Source: Marsupella aquatica (taxonomy: Eukaryota > Plantae > Marchantiophyta). From it: a DNA stretch of 64,000 nucleotides. Positions 36,701 to 46,844 of the stretch are shown in pieces. A program made the translations under genes and the position numbers. Numbering within the stretch: position 1 is the first letter of the stretch; the number at the start of each line of letters is the position of its first letter. Location of the stretch: contig OZ316899.1 in NCBI GenBank assembly GCA_973895155.1, forward strand, positions 4,343,241-4,407,240. The letters are read 5' to 3'. The notes beneath the pieces were generated by a model, which worked only from the letters and a program-made list of their open reading frames with translations, had not been told where the DNA came from and ran no database searches.

Positions 36701-38349
36701 TCGACAAGGAGCTAAGAGCAACCCAGGAGGAGAGGGCTACCTTGAAGAAGGAATTGGAGGAAGCCCACAGGGAGCAGGAGGAGGCCAAAAACGAGCTGGA
36801 GGGGGCACGTAAGGACCTGGATGAAACCCAAGAGGAGTTGGAGGAAATCACGAGGAAGATGGAGAACCTACAGCGGCGGGCCGACAACCAAACTGAGCGG
36901 CTGAAGAAACAAGCCGCAGTATTTAAATGCTTAGCTGCAGCAGGTCCATCTCCCGTTGGGACAAACCAGTTACCAGGGGTGGTAATTGCCGAAGGACAGG
37001 CCGCGCCACCTGCACCAGTGCCAGAAGTAAGTGGGAAGGGGAAGGGACCAGATGCCGAGCCACCAACGAAGAAGAAGCGGAAACCTTCAAGGTCAAGGAG
37101 TAATACGACTTCACAGGCCGTGGTGATCAAGGAGGTAGACCCAGCACCGACCCCAGACAGGGTCACGGCTAAGGATCCAACTACCCTAGGGGAAGGGGAG
37201 GCCGAAGCCGAGGGAGTGGCTGAAGCCGAAGCCGTGGGAGTGGCTGAGGCCGAAGCCGTGGGTATTGCCGAGGCCGGTGTCGAGGCTGAAGCCGAAGGTG
37301 GACCCAGTCAGGCCGAGGGAGAGTTGACTCGGTCAAGGGCAGGTAATCTGTCAGTAGGCGGGCCAACGGCAGTGGCTGAGGGGGAAGTGTTGGGGGCGTC
37401 CATTGAGGATCCACCACCGGTGTCGTGACGGTGCAAGGGCGCCGTTCCTTTTAGGGAGGGCGGACGTGGAGGGAGGAGGCGTGAGTGGGCAGGGCGGGCG
37501 CGGATCTCCACGTTTAGGATTAGGATTAGAACCAGGAGCGGCCCTGACACTTAGCTTAGTGGGATTGCGGTTCCACTGGTAGGAGCAACACTTGTGCTCC
37601 TGCCTTGCTGTACATAGGTAGATTCGGGCAAGTAGATTACTGTCAGGTAGATTAGGCTTACGATGCAAAGAATGGCGGATCCACTACCAGGATAAGTACC
37701 TGGGCAGCGGGGAGCTCAGGGCCTCTTCTTTAGCAAGTTTTTAGTTTGCACCAGCCGGGCTGGGATCAAGTAGTACGAGAAGCTCTCGGTTAGTCATACA
37801 GTGACCCTTGTGTATATTCATGTTTCCTCATGCCTAAGAGCTGAATAGAGTTGGCCTCACGGCTTAGTTCGCAGAACTGGTGTATGAGATGTACTGTTTG
37901 TATGGCAAGTGCATGGTATGACTCAGTCAGAATGAGTCATTTTGCTATTTGTGTGTCGCATTAACTTGTGTGAAGAGTGCCCACATCAACAGAAGGAAGG
38001 AAAGTAAGCAGGGGAGTGAGAGTTGGATGTGTCGAGCTGAGAGAGGTCTTAGCGGCTTAACCAAGCCTATTGGGGATCATTCCGGCGGCGGAATCCAAAC
38101 ATACCTAACAAGACGGAGGGGAAGACAGGGGAAGACAGGGGAAGACCTATATTAGGCCGGCTACGTATCTCATGACCCGATGAAGGATCTGTCCAATATA
38201 TGTGTGTAAAATGTTAATAGTAGTAGTAGAAGGTTAGCAGCGTCCCATGCCGCTAAGCCGCGGAAATGGCCTCGCCAAGCACGAAACCTGCGGGAATCGG
38301 CTTGAGCTGGGGGGTTTCTTGGGTTTAGGGAGCCATGGGACGCACCACA
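33690..38349 (+). repeat. 3' (middle) LTR, 4660 bp
   Basis: Copy of 22809-27468; I counted 10 substitutions, all transitions. Confidence 0.95.
34063..37428 (+). CDS. Second intact copy of the LTR-encoded 1121-aa PMD-like protein
   Basis: Eight amino-acid differences from 23182-26547. Confidence 0.85.
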   Translation: MSNVNQAAHFWGCLFERAIEYIKTYEDEESERAARERQELARLWELQKTAFLGGELIKDEFLWTPTSNQLDDLLSCKDSVVGIREAIKNCNDIHWELKGSTERWTQATVLGETSTAAEMKRKGAINDEATPAKRTRSAAPKKPAEQQSRRQGEAEEEEVDPIKAIPTRDDTWKGWAATLPVEVQLHFAREEDACFTAMQTKKYQGFMAGSGLEAFVRLPWLKPEVPESDLLEFVGSWEPETNCTRIYGKDFYLTLKVIAEVFGLPIGNKTKVDTRKTLPDKEFRSFPGPSTKNGFFRNTCTNPHIGEMIDFLRVTMHCNLPRAEIGKAQVYLAERPDPSRDYNGYLLNQLKKILKEEQQVIGMGSVSRLGYHMPLLCRYARGQTFAPVLPLQVRAPEEAPTPRPLAEKPQPPVSPTIEQVFRPRKEDLPMQQPGMQSLLKLLEKEKKLASATTTATATMQDTTTEVGLHRLTRENPFAGDKERIRPKSKPGVRMYVGTSSSESEAELPEAPTDEEEREKPDVQEVEEAVEDCSHDNSGYGSDHHVPGVRTYGRFVPTLPRVVRGDPNQQSSPESPPPDVAPPSFDGIKQTVQEFQERIKQEEEAALAKEKDLPGGDWPEDIRRLAEKGSKPLATIEEIRRTAWEQRPRWAMPITSTYSTYAKNRAMEYGEMCGELALGIFGEELEVGPFFHREQLEKHQLEEAVALERSKKDEVIRRLRRMEAEIEDLRAAKKAQDELRIKRHELNIMQGQLDTAQADNQNIKDKLTQTQEELADTIKEREKWKQELKNTEEAHITANSRAMAETQRKEWALKGELEKIRGALEQKEAELGKSYQGIMALQQELASLTASFKADLREKDEMLEQTYAKMNQMESVIIAELDKELRATQEERATLKKELEEAHREQEEAKNELEGARKDLDETQEELEEITRKMENLQRRADNQTERLKKQAAVFKCLAAAGPSPVGTNQLPGVVIAEGQAAPPAPVPEVSGKGKGPDAEPPTKKKRKPSRSRSNTTSQAVVIKEVDPAPTPDRVTAKDPTTLGEGEAEAEGVAEAEAVGVAEAEAVGIAEAGVEAEAEGGPSQAEGELTRSRAGNLSVGGPTAVAEGEVLGASIEDPPPVS

Positions 38350-38742
38350 TTTTTGGCGCTAGATGGAGGGGGCATTTCTTAAGCCGTGAGATATGAAGTT
38401 AGAACGGAAGCGTAGGTAATGACTGACCTTACGCCGAGGGAAGAAAGAGTGATTCAACGGGAGAGAGCTCGACTGCAGCAGCTCGCCGGGTGGCATGATA
38501 CACAGCGACTGAGAGGGGCAGAAAGAGCTGGTAGCTCCGAAACTGGAAGTGGCGTCGAAGAAGACATACCAGAAGAAGAGTCGGTAAGGAGAAGTGAGTC
38601 TACAACCGACATGGGGGAACCAGAGGCACGGCCAGACGAGAGGTCAGGGACCAGATTGAGCCAGCGGTCGCGCATACATTACAAGGCATTTCATGGGAGA
38701 GGAGATGAGGATCCGGACGAATGGTTGGATGATTTCGAGGGA
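38350..38742 (+). pseudogene. gag: Second PBS (38354-38371) and truncated gag start of a tandem unit
   Basis: Identical to 27469-27861, then breaks abruptly after ...GATTTCGAGGGA into unrelated sequence. Confidence 0.93.
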
Positions 38743-38884
38743 TTTCCTCCCTGATCATCTCCTGGGATGGTGAACTCATCATCTGATCCTTCATCATTGG
38801 GATCCTCTTTCTTTGGATCTGCGGTGCCTTTCAACTTTTGGGCATGTCTATCCAACACATTTGCCAGAGTTTTTTGAGCACGCA
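38743..38884 (-). pseudogene. Fragment of ParB/MTase-like gene copy 2
   Basis: catctcctgggatggtgaactcatcatc matches about 10810-10840; continuous with 42886 onward across the solo LTR. Confidence 0.75.
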
Positions 38885-41800
38885 TGTCACGTCATCAGCT
38901 GCGGCCTTAACTCAGACTTCAGCTTAGACGGGCACATCCCTCGTAAATCTGAGGGTTCGGGCAGGAAGGGAAGCACGTAATGCACCTTATTCTCGTAAAC
39001 TAGCGCTAAGTGCGCATACTGCTAAATACGGACACCTCCTAGGTATGGTTTGTGTTCCGCCGCCGGAACGTACCTTAGTCGATAGCAGGATCGACCCCGG
39101 CTTAAGGACTTCTAAGCCTTCGTGCTGTCCGCCTTCGATCCGGATTCGATGATACAGGTCCTCAACCCGTGCTCGCAACCACTTAACCGCAGGCTGCACC
39201 CTGTGCACGTCTCGGGTAGTGCGTTCGGCCTGGCGCTGCCACCCATATACGAGAAACCCACACACATACACGCGCACATGCATACAATCTCGATTTACAC
39301 GAAGGAAAATGATGGGAAAGGATTTTACTACAAAGGGAACATATGCGTACACTTAGTTGACCCGACAGCCCCGGAATGAACAGGTTCAAGGCCGAGGGTG
39401 CACACTACAATGGAGCCCGGCTCCGCACTCGCCCGGCCAGCTTAGTCCTACCCCCTCCCCTTGGTACTCTTTCATTCCCAGAGGCCGGGACTCCCCGCAC
39501 ATACCGCGGACGCCCAACTTTGCAACTAAAAACCCCCCCCTCGACTCTACCGAGGGGTGCACTAAATACTAAGGGCCGAGGGACGGGGTGTCCTCTCGCC
39601 GAAGATTCACTGACTACGGTCCTAACTAAGCTGACAGTCAGGCCGGAAACGGCTGTGTCTTATTAGAAGATCCTAATCTATGCAGGCTGGACAGCACGGC
39701 AGCGAAGCTGTACCTAAGGCATGTGCTTGTCCCAAGAGCCTGACTAAGCTAGTCCTAATCCTACTCTATTCCTACTCCGCCGCTAATGCCTGGCACGCTT
39801 GCCAGAGCCACCTGAATGGGAGCGGCCATCCCGCTGCCTTCAAAGCCTGTCATTGTCCGCCTTGAGGAGCTGGACCTGGTCCAGCAGAGATTCGTTCTCT
39901 CGCCTCGCCACGTCCGTCTCCTCCGCTGCCTCCTAACAAGCCTCCTCCAACTGCTGGGCGTCACTTGTCAGTTTACCCGCCAGCTGGTCCTGCTTCTCGG
40001 CCTCGGTTTGGAGCCGCGCCACCTTGGCCTGCAGCGTGGCTATCTCCGCCGTGTCCCGCTGGGCCCGTTCCTCGGCCTCCTCCAGGTCTTTCTGCCAGGT
40101 GACAGTTTGATTCTTCAAATTGTCAATCTGGTTCCGGAGTCGTGTAATCTCGGCTTCGTTCCCAGCTTTGGCCTGTTCGGCTAGGGCGGTAAGAGCGTGC
40201 GCCTTTGCTAACAACTCATCGGCGGCTGCAACCTTGGGTCGTAGTTGCCGAAGCTCAGCCTCTTGAGCCGCAACTTTGTTCTTTAGGTACACGGACTCCA
40301 CCCGGTACCGCTCTATCCTCTGAAGGGCCTCTGACTGGGCCCGACCTGCCTTTACTGCGGCAACCAACTCCTGATTGAAGAAACAGGCTACCTTCCGGGC
40401 CATGAACTCCCCGGTATCCTGGGCAATTTGATGAGAGAAATCTTCCAGAAGCCCGTTCAGAAATGTACCTGGTACGAAAAGTTCCGGGTGGTCCAGGTTG
40501 TGCCTGTCCGGAGTTGGGCACGGGCAGACGTCCATACGCGCGGGGGCCGGGGCAGTGACGTCCAGCCCTGGGGATGTAATGTTGGAAGGGGCTGGAGCGT
40601 CCTCCTATAGCAATGTCCGGTTCTCCAGAATAGCCACCGGTGGGTCTTTGGGAGAACCGGGCTCGGGTAAGACCTCCGCCGTACCGACTTCTATACTTAG
40701 CCCGGCCTGTTGGGTTGCATCAACGGTTGCGACACCCGACCCATCCGGTACCTCCTCGGTTACGACTACAGCTACTTGTGGAGGTGGGGTGGGTGAAGCT
40801 GGCGTGTCCGCTGGACTTCGGGCCTCGGGCTGGGGCCGTCTCTCCAAGGCCGGGAAAACCCACCTAGCTGGGACCAGCTTTGTAACGTTGACACGGGGAA
40901 GGGTTCGTCGATCAAACCGGGCGTACCACTCAAGAATGATCTGGATGTGGCTAGCGAAATACGCCTTCCCGCCAATGTACAGCGTCTTCCTTCGCTGCTC
41001 CATCTCTTCATGGAATTTCTTAGCGAAGTACGACGCCCACCTCCTAGGTCGATAGTTCTCGACCTGGATAACCTGGGCGGCGGAGATCTCCCCCGGGGGT
41101 TCCATCATGTGGAGGCCGTACCTCTGGAACTCCAGTCACTCAGCTATCTCGGGGATGAGGCAGGTTTTCATCACGAACCCGTTGTCCACTGCTCCCTCTG
41201 AGGGAAAACTTGAAGATTGGTACTTGGCTCCCTTGCCCCCGGGAGCCCGTGATTCAACTCGATGGTCACCTTCGGGTAACCCGAAGATCATCCTGAGCCG
41301 TTCTTCCGTGAGGGACATACTCCTTCCCCGTAGCCGAGTATGTTGACGCGCGTCGTCATAATTCCTGACGAACTCTGTCATGTCCTCCCCGTAGTACCTG
41401 CAAGTGTTCCAGGGGAGGGAGGCGAGGTGCTCGAATCCCTGTGTCTTCAGGTACACCGCATGCTTGGGATGGAGGATGTTTTTGTGAACGTTTTCCCCCA
41501 TGCGGTGCATCGTCACCTTGGCCACGGCTACCGTGGCCAATGGTAACCCGGATGCAGTGGCGGATTCCTTCCTCTCTTCCCCCGTGACTGGCTTGGGGAA
41601 GGTGACACCTCCCCATCCTCCCGATCGGGCCTGGGTAGTGCTACTGCCGTTAGTAACGGGCCCGGGTCGGCCACGGTCACCATGTTGTCTGTCGGGGCCG
41701 CTCCTGGGGTCAGAGCAGGGGGTGGGGACGATATAGTATCGGCCCCCTGAGCGCTTGTTCCTCTGGGCCGCCTGGTCAAGGGTAGGGTAGCCTCGTCATC

Positions 41801-42885
41801 ATCGCTAAGATCCACAGCGTTGATGACGGAGCGTACTTGTGCTGGCTGGGCGATCGGTGGTGGGGTTTGGCTAGGCTGCGGCTGAGGCTGAAGCTGAAGC
41901 TGAGCCTGAGGTTGTACGGGTACGGGTACGAGTACAACTGAGTTGGTCATGTTGGTTGTTGGCCGAGCTCCTATGAAGCTCTGTAGGTGCTGGTAGAAGT
42001 TCTCCGAAGCGAGGGCAGACGACCTTGTCGAACGGGTAGTGCTGGACTCGCTGTTGATGATAGCCCGAACCTGAGCAGGGATGTGGTCGAAGTGATGTCG
42101 CTGCAAGTCGATCGTACCCGGGATATTGAGGACCTCGTCTGGAAGCCGAAGCAATGCTTCCCAGAACCCGATATATTTGTCTTCGTTGAAGAAGTACCCG
42201 GATACCTCTGCTGGTCGGTAAAGCTCGCTCTGAGACGGGTAGTCAAAGTTAAGGATGTAGTGGTGTCGTCCTGCTAGGCGGATGGCTCGCTCGTACTCGC
42301 GTTCGATTTCGTATTGGCGTGGGTTGGCGTGTTTCAATGAGTCGGCCAAGTGCCTCCCGGTAGATAGGAACTGCGTCCAGAATCGAATGGTCGAGCTGGA
42401 GAGGATTGTGTGCGACATTCAGAGGAGATAGTAGTGGCGACTTAGAGCGAATGAGAGAGCTGGGGTCGAAGCTGGCGCGTGGACTGATGGACTGGTGCAC
42501 TACAAAGGGTTGGCTCCCCTTTTATACCTTGAGCGCTTGTCGATCCCCCGACGTCTCCTCGACGCCCATAGGCTGAACCGTTCACGCTTGTGGTGTGCCG
42601 GCCACTCCGCCGGTCTGAGTCAGCGCGTGTCAGTGGCCGCTTCCTTAAGTTCGTTATACGGACCCGAGGGAGGGGCCCCTCCACGCTCGTAACCCGGGTG
42701 TGTGAATAACGACCAGCCGCCAGTCCGAACCTGAATTCCCCCTTATTGCCTAATGATATCCTACCCATAATGATTACCTAAATACTGTCGTTATGCTAAT
42801 AATAGCGGTCTAAGACACTCCTAACGCGCGTGCCGAGCGCAGTTAGACCGAATCACTCATTAACCGCCGTACCGGCGGCGTCACA
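38885..42885 (-). mobile_element. Solo LTR, family B (4001 bp)
   Basis: TGTCACG...GTCACA with a perfect 5-bp TSD ACGCA (38880-38884 / 42886-42890). Joined flanks match 10930-10960. Confidence 0.95.
39783..42418 (-). pseudogene. Family-B LTR-encoded ORF (about 870 codons; N-terminal domain, PMD-like core, coiled coil, GKRARH end)
   Basis: Pieces 41528-42418, 41136-41540, 40605-41108 and 39933-40535. In-frame stops at about 41108, 40605 and 39933 are sense codons in the copy at 62271-63806. There is one frame change near 41530-41900. Confidence 0.85.
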
Positions 42886-45800
42886 ACGCAGATGAAGAAT
42901 GTCTCGATCTTCAACACCCACAACAAATCTCCCTGCGTATTCCCCAATGGCAAAAGCACTTCCATCTCCAATAGTCCAATCAATGACAATGTCCTATGGC
43001 AAACTAAGAATCTCCATTACGGCTTGCATGAACCCAACTGACAATCTATTGGAACCTGCAAAAACCGTCCTGGGACTGGGATCAGTTTTTGGGTAGCAAA
43101 CACTCAACATCGATTTATGGCGGGCATCCTCAGAGGAAGTCATCGGAACATATCTAGTATGTTTTGGGACTTTTGCTGAGAATTCCACCTTGCAAAAGAC
43201 ATCCATAATGAGAGTAACTACCTGAATTGAAAACAAGAATATGTCAACAATGGGTACTTTTGGTTAGCGAGCTCGCTAGCAAAAATTGCACCAAAAATAT
43301 TGAGGATATCTTACCTCTATGTCCATATCTGCCTGATACAAAGGAGATGAAAGCAAAACTGAATACTGTCAAACATGTTTGAATTTGTTCTTCTGCTCGA
43401 CGGCAGAATTTTTTTGTCTCATATGGTTATAGTCAGATCTGTGAAGAACTACAACATAACCATCGTCGGCAAGCATCGGACGCATGACTCCAAAGAAATA
43501 ATATGGTAATTTCTCACTCCAAACATTCCACGTCGGGACCTCTCGGTCTGTGACACTCGTTCAATGACCCGTGGGAAGGAAAATGAAACCCAAGTGAGCA
43601 CCAATCCCAGCGTACGGTTTGCCGTTGATTATCACTGGATTTGGGTGTTCGCTCAATTTGCTCATCGCAGACAACCACTGATCTGCATCGCCCATCCAGG
43701 GAGTTCTTACTTTCCTCTGGCTAATTGAGTTTGCAGTTTCCGTGAGATTGCTTTTTGCCAAGAAATGTTGCTCACAGTCCTTCTTAAGACCGCACATTCG
43801 TGCTACTCCTTGAGCGACGCATGCTTCCTCCTCATCCGAGTCTGAGAGAATTTGCACATTGCGCTTCCTCTTTAAATGCTTGATTGAACCAAGGTCTACA
43901 GCAGATTTTGTTGTGACCTCAACATTAGGAGACCTTGGTTCTTCTCCATCATCCGCGCCACTCTTCAAACTCCCAGAGGCTGCAGCCTTTCTCTTCTTTG
44001 AAAAACATGTTCATGTCAGATAGGTCACTTAGACAAAATTACTCCGACTATAGTATGAAAAAAAGAGGAGAAAAAGACTTACTTTACTTCCCATACAAGA
44101 TTGATCCATCTTTAGATGTGTCCTTCACAGGCACCTTCCGAGGTCTCCTCAATCTACTCTGGTCGACAATGGCAGCCACACCAAGAACAACTTTCTCCAT
44201 TGCCTCACATCCGCCAGCCTCTGCTTCTGTAGGAGCTAATTTGGACTCTGTAATGTACGACTCTGGTATCAAGCCTCGATTTATCATATGAAAGGCTGCC
44301 TTCTCTGCAGTGTCAAATGTCACTGCCCATTTGTCTGATTCTAAATACCATGGACAGTGAAGGACTTCCCACTCACTCATCTTCCTTGGAGCCTCCACTC
44401 CCTCACATGGGTACATCAAGTACTCTATGTATTTAATAGAGGTTGGATCCTCTTTGACCCCTGCTATCCAAGGCAAGAAGCAAGTAGGATAGGACCACCA
44501 ATATGTTTTGTCAGCAACTTCTCTATCCACAAACAAACGATACATTTATCTCTTTGCCCTCCTCCAAAAAAGTGAGATGTCAATCTTCTCATCCGACTTT
44601 GGTGGCCAAATCTGTTTGAAAAAACAAGATTTCACTCTCGTTTGGAAATCTTCAAAGTCCTCCTCTATGTCAAGGATCAGCGATGGCTTTGTCTTCTCAG
44701 ACAAAGTAAGGATTCTCGCATCTGGAACAATTGGGATCAACTCTGAAATAATCTCAGACATGAGTGAAGAACAAATTGACTCAACCTGCTCCCATGCAGC
44801 CCATCAATGAAGCCAAAGTTTTGTTTCGGTGTCAGAGAATTGACCAGGGTGGAAGTACTTCTTGCAAAGCTCAGGTCTGCATTGTGCCTTGAGTAGTACA
44901 CATCTCAGCTGCGGAGTCAATGAATTACCCCTTCCTTTATTGTCTGTTTGTTGGGCCTCCTTCCTCTCATGTTCACAGTAGTTGTGCATCTCAACACACT
45001 TTTGGAAAAAGTCACCAAACTCAGGATTCAGTAGAGGTCCAATCTTTGGCACCTCACATTCCAATCTGCTAGTTGTTCCTTCATCATGTCTTCATAGCCA
45101 TGTCTTGCTCAGCTTTTGAAAGCGGTTCTCCTTGCGCTTCTTTCAACTGGACTTCTTCTTCAAATCTTCCGTCTGCGCTGCAATATTAGCAGCAGACAGA
45201 ATGTATGTGTAGGCATCGAGTGTCATGTTCTTTGAATACCAAGCCGGCTTCCTGATATTTGCCATCTTCTGCTAGAAAAGTTTGTAGTTGTCTGCATCAA
45301 TGATATCTTTGTATACAGAAAGATCATTGCACCCAAGAATTCTCAAGGTGACATTGAGTCAACCTGAACCAAAGAAACAGGTTAGCGAGATCGCTAACAA
45401 GAGGAACTGAAAGAAGTTTTTATACAATTCACTGCTTGAAGGAATAGAAACAAACCTATTCAATGCATGCATGGCCAACTCAATCTGCATAAATGAGTTC
45501 TTGTCACCCTTGAAAATTTGGCAAACAACTCAAGGATGATACTTGACATCATCTAGATTCTCGTCCGCAAGCTGCATCCACGAGTAGAGACAATGATTTC
45601 CATCAAAAACACAGAACAGTTTGTCTTTCAAAATTTTGAAAGCCTCCTGAGAATCACATTCCCTCTTGAATTCTTCATTCTGAAGAATCAACATGTCATC
45701 CCATGACTCCCGAATCACATTGTCGCACATCTGGACATGGCCATCTTCGTTGGTCATTTGTACATAAAATCAAGGTGCATCCTTGATGTATCCCTACGTT

Positions 45801-46330
45801 CAAAATTCATTTTTGAGTGTCTCAATCGCAGTCGAGTTTGTTTGCAAGGACCAAACAATCTACATATTTTGCATTCTGTAAAGCGGAATCCTTGGAGGAG
45901 CGAGGAGGAATCCAAATTTGTCAGCTCCAAAAGGGAAAATATGGCAATTGATGACAACAGAATAGGGTTCTGAAGCCCCAGGTTGAAACATAGGGTTCAC
46001 AACATCCACTTGGTTCACCATCTTTGGTCTTCTCAGTGTTTTCAATCCCGCCTAGATTGCCTTCTTGTTCGTAGTAGACCTTGTCTCCCTTTGGCTTGAC
46101 TCGACTGACTTGAATGATCCAATTGATGACAAGCTCTTGAGTGAAGACAATGGCTCCATCAGCGGGCCCGTGACGTGATAAGGGTATGAACAGGTCAAGG
46201 ACAAGGGCGACACGCTTTGAGAACATAAAGAAACCCTTAAAGCCCAAGAATCAATCATCCATTCAAAGACAAAATCGTACCCTCCTCTGTTGCTTTCACC
46301 TGAATGCAGCGCCCGGTCGTGAAAAGAGAT
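42886..46330 (-). pseudogene. ParB-like + DNA-MTase-like gene, copy 2 (main part)
   Basis: KLFCVFDGNHCLYSW; FKQIWPPK..FWRRAKR..KTYWWSYP..EVLHCPWYLESDKWAVTFD; MRPMLADDGYVVVLH; ILSLP*DIVIDWTIGDGSAFAIGEYAGRFVVGVED. Collinear with copy 1. Confidence 0.72.
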
Positions 46331-46844
46331 GCAATTATTCTGTATGATGCTCCTCACAATCATTTTTCAGACACCGTCAGGCATACATGTACTTACAAAA
46401 ATACAAACAACCAAACTCACGACTGAAGAAAAAGTAGCAAATAATAGAGAGACAAGTGTCCTATACTGCACCATACCGTTGACATCAAGGTACCCGTTGA
46501 CCAATTCCAACGGATATAAACGGTCATAATGGTCACTTATGAGAAACTGTTTTTGCTAGCGACTTTGCTAGCCAAAAATTGGTCGCTAATTTGATGAACT
46601 CGTGAAGGGTGTTTTATACATTTTTGAACCATTTTACATGGTTGATTGAGCTAGCGATCTTGCTAGCTTTACCATTCCTTAAATAGTTGCATATAAGACA
46701 AAATAACGGTCAGTTAACGGGAAGATGAGGCATTTATTAAATAAATACGTTGAGTCAAACACCCACATGAGCAATTTTTCTCATATGTATTTGGAGAAAT
46801 AGGAGAGCAACGTATCTCACAATTGAGGATTGTTGTAGATTGTA

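Larger units (their letters stand above)
22809..38349 (+). mobile_element. Young full-length Ty3/gypsy LTR retrotransposon (non-chromoviral, Athila/Tat-group-like) with 4.66-kb LTRs
   Basis: LTR-PBS-gag/PR-pol-PPT-LTR. The LTRs are offset by 10881 bp and nearly identical. No chromodomain or additional RNase H was recognised. Confidence 0.95.

Noticed and set aside
16433-37668. Numerous 60-185-aa antisense or overlapping ORFs in the LTRs and gag/pol
   Set aside because: Shadow frames of long GC-rich ORFs, with no recognisable motifs.
22809-38349. 10.9-kb near-perfect repeat as an assembly artefact
   Set aside because: At least 10 substitutions with a deamination-like pattern, and a coherent LTR/PBS/PPT structure.
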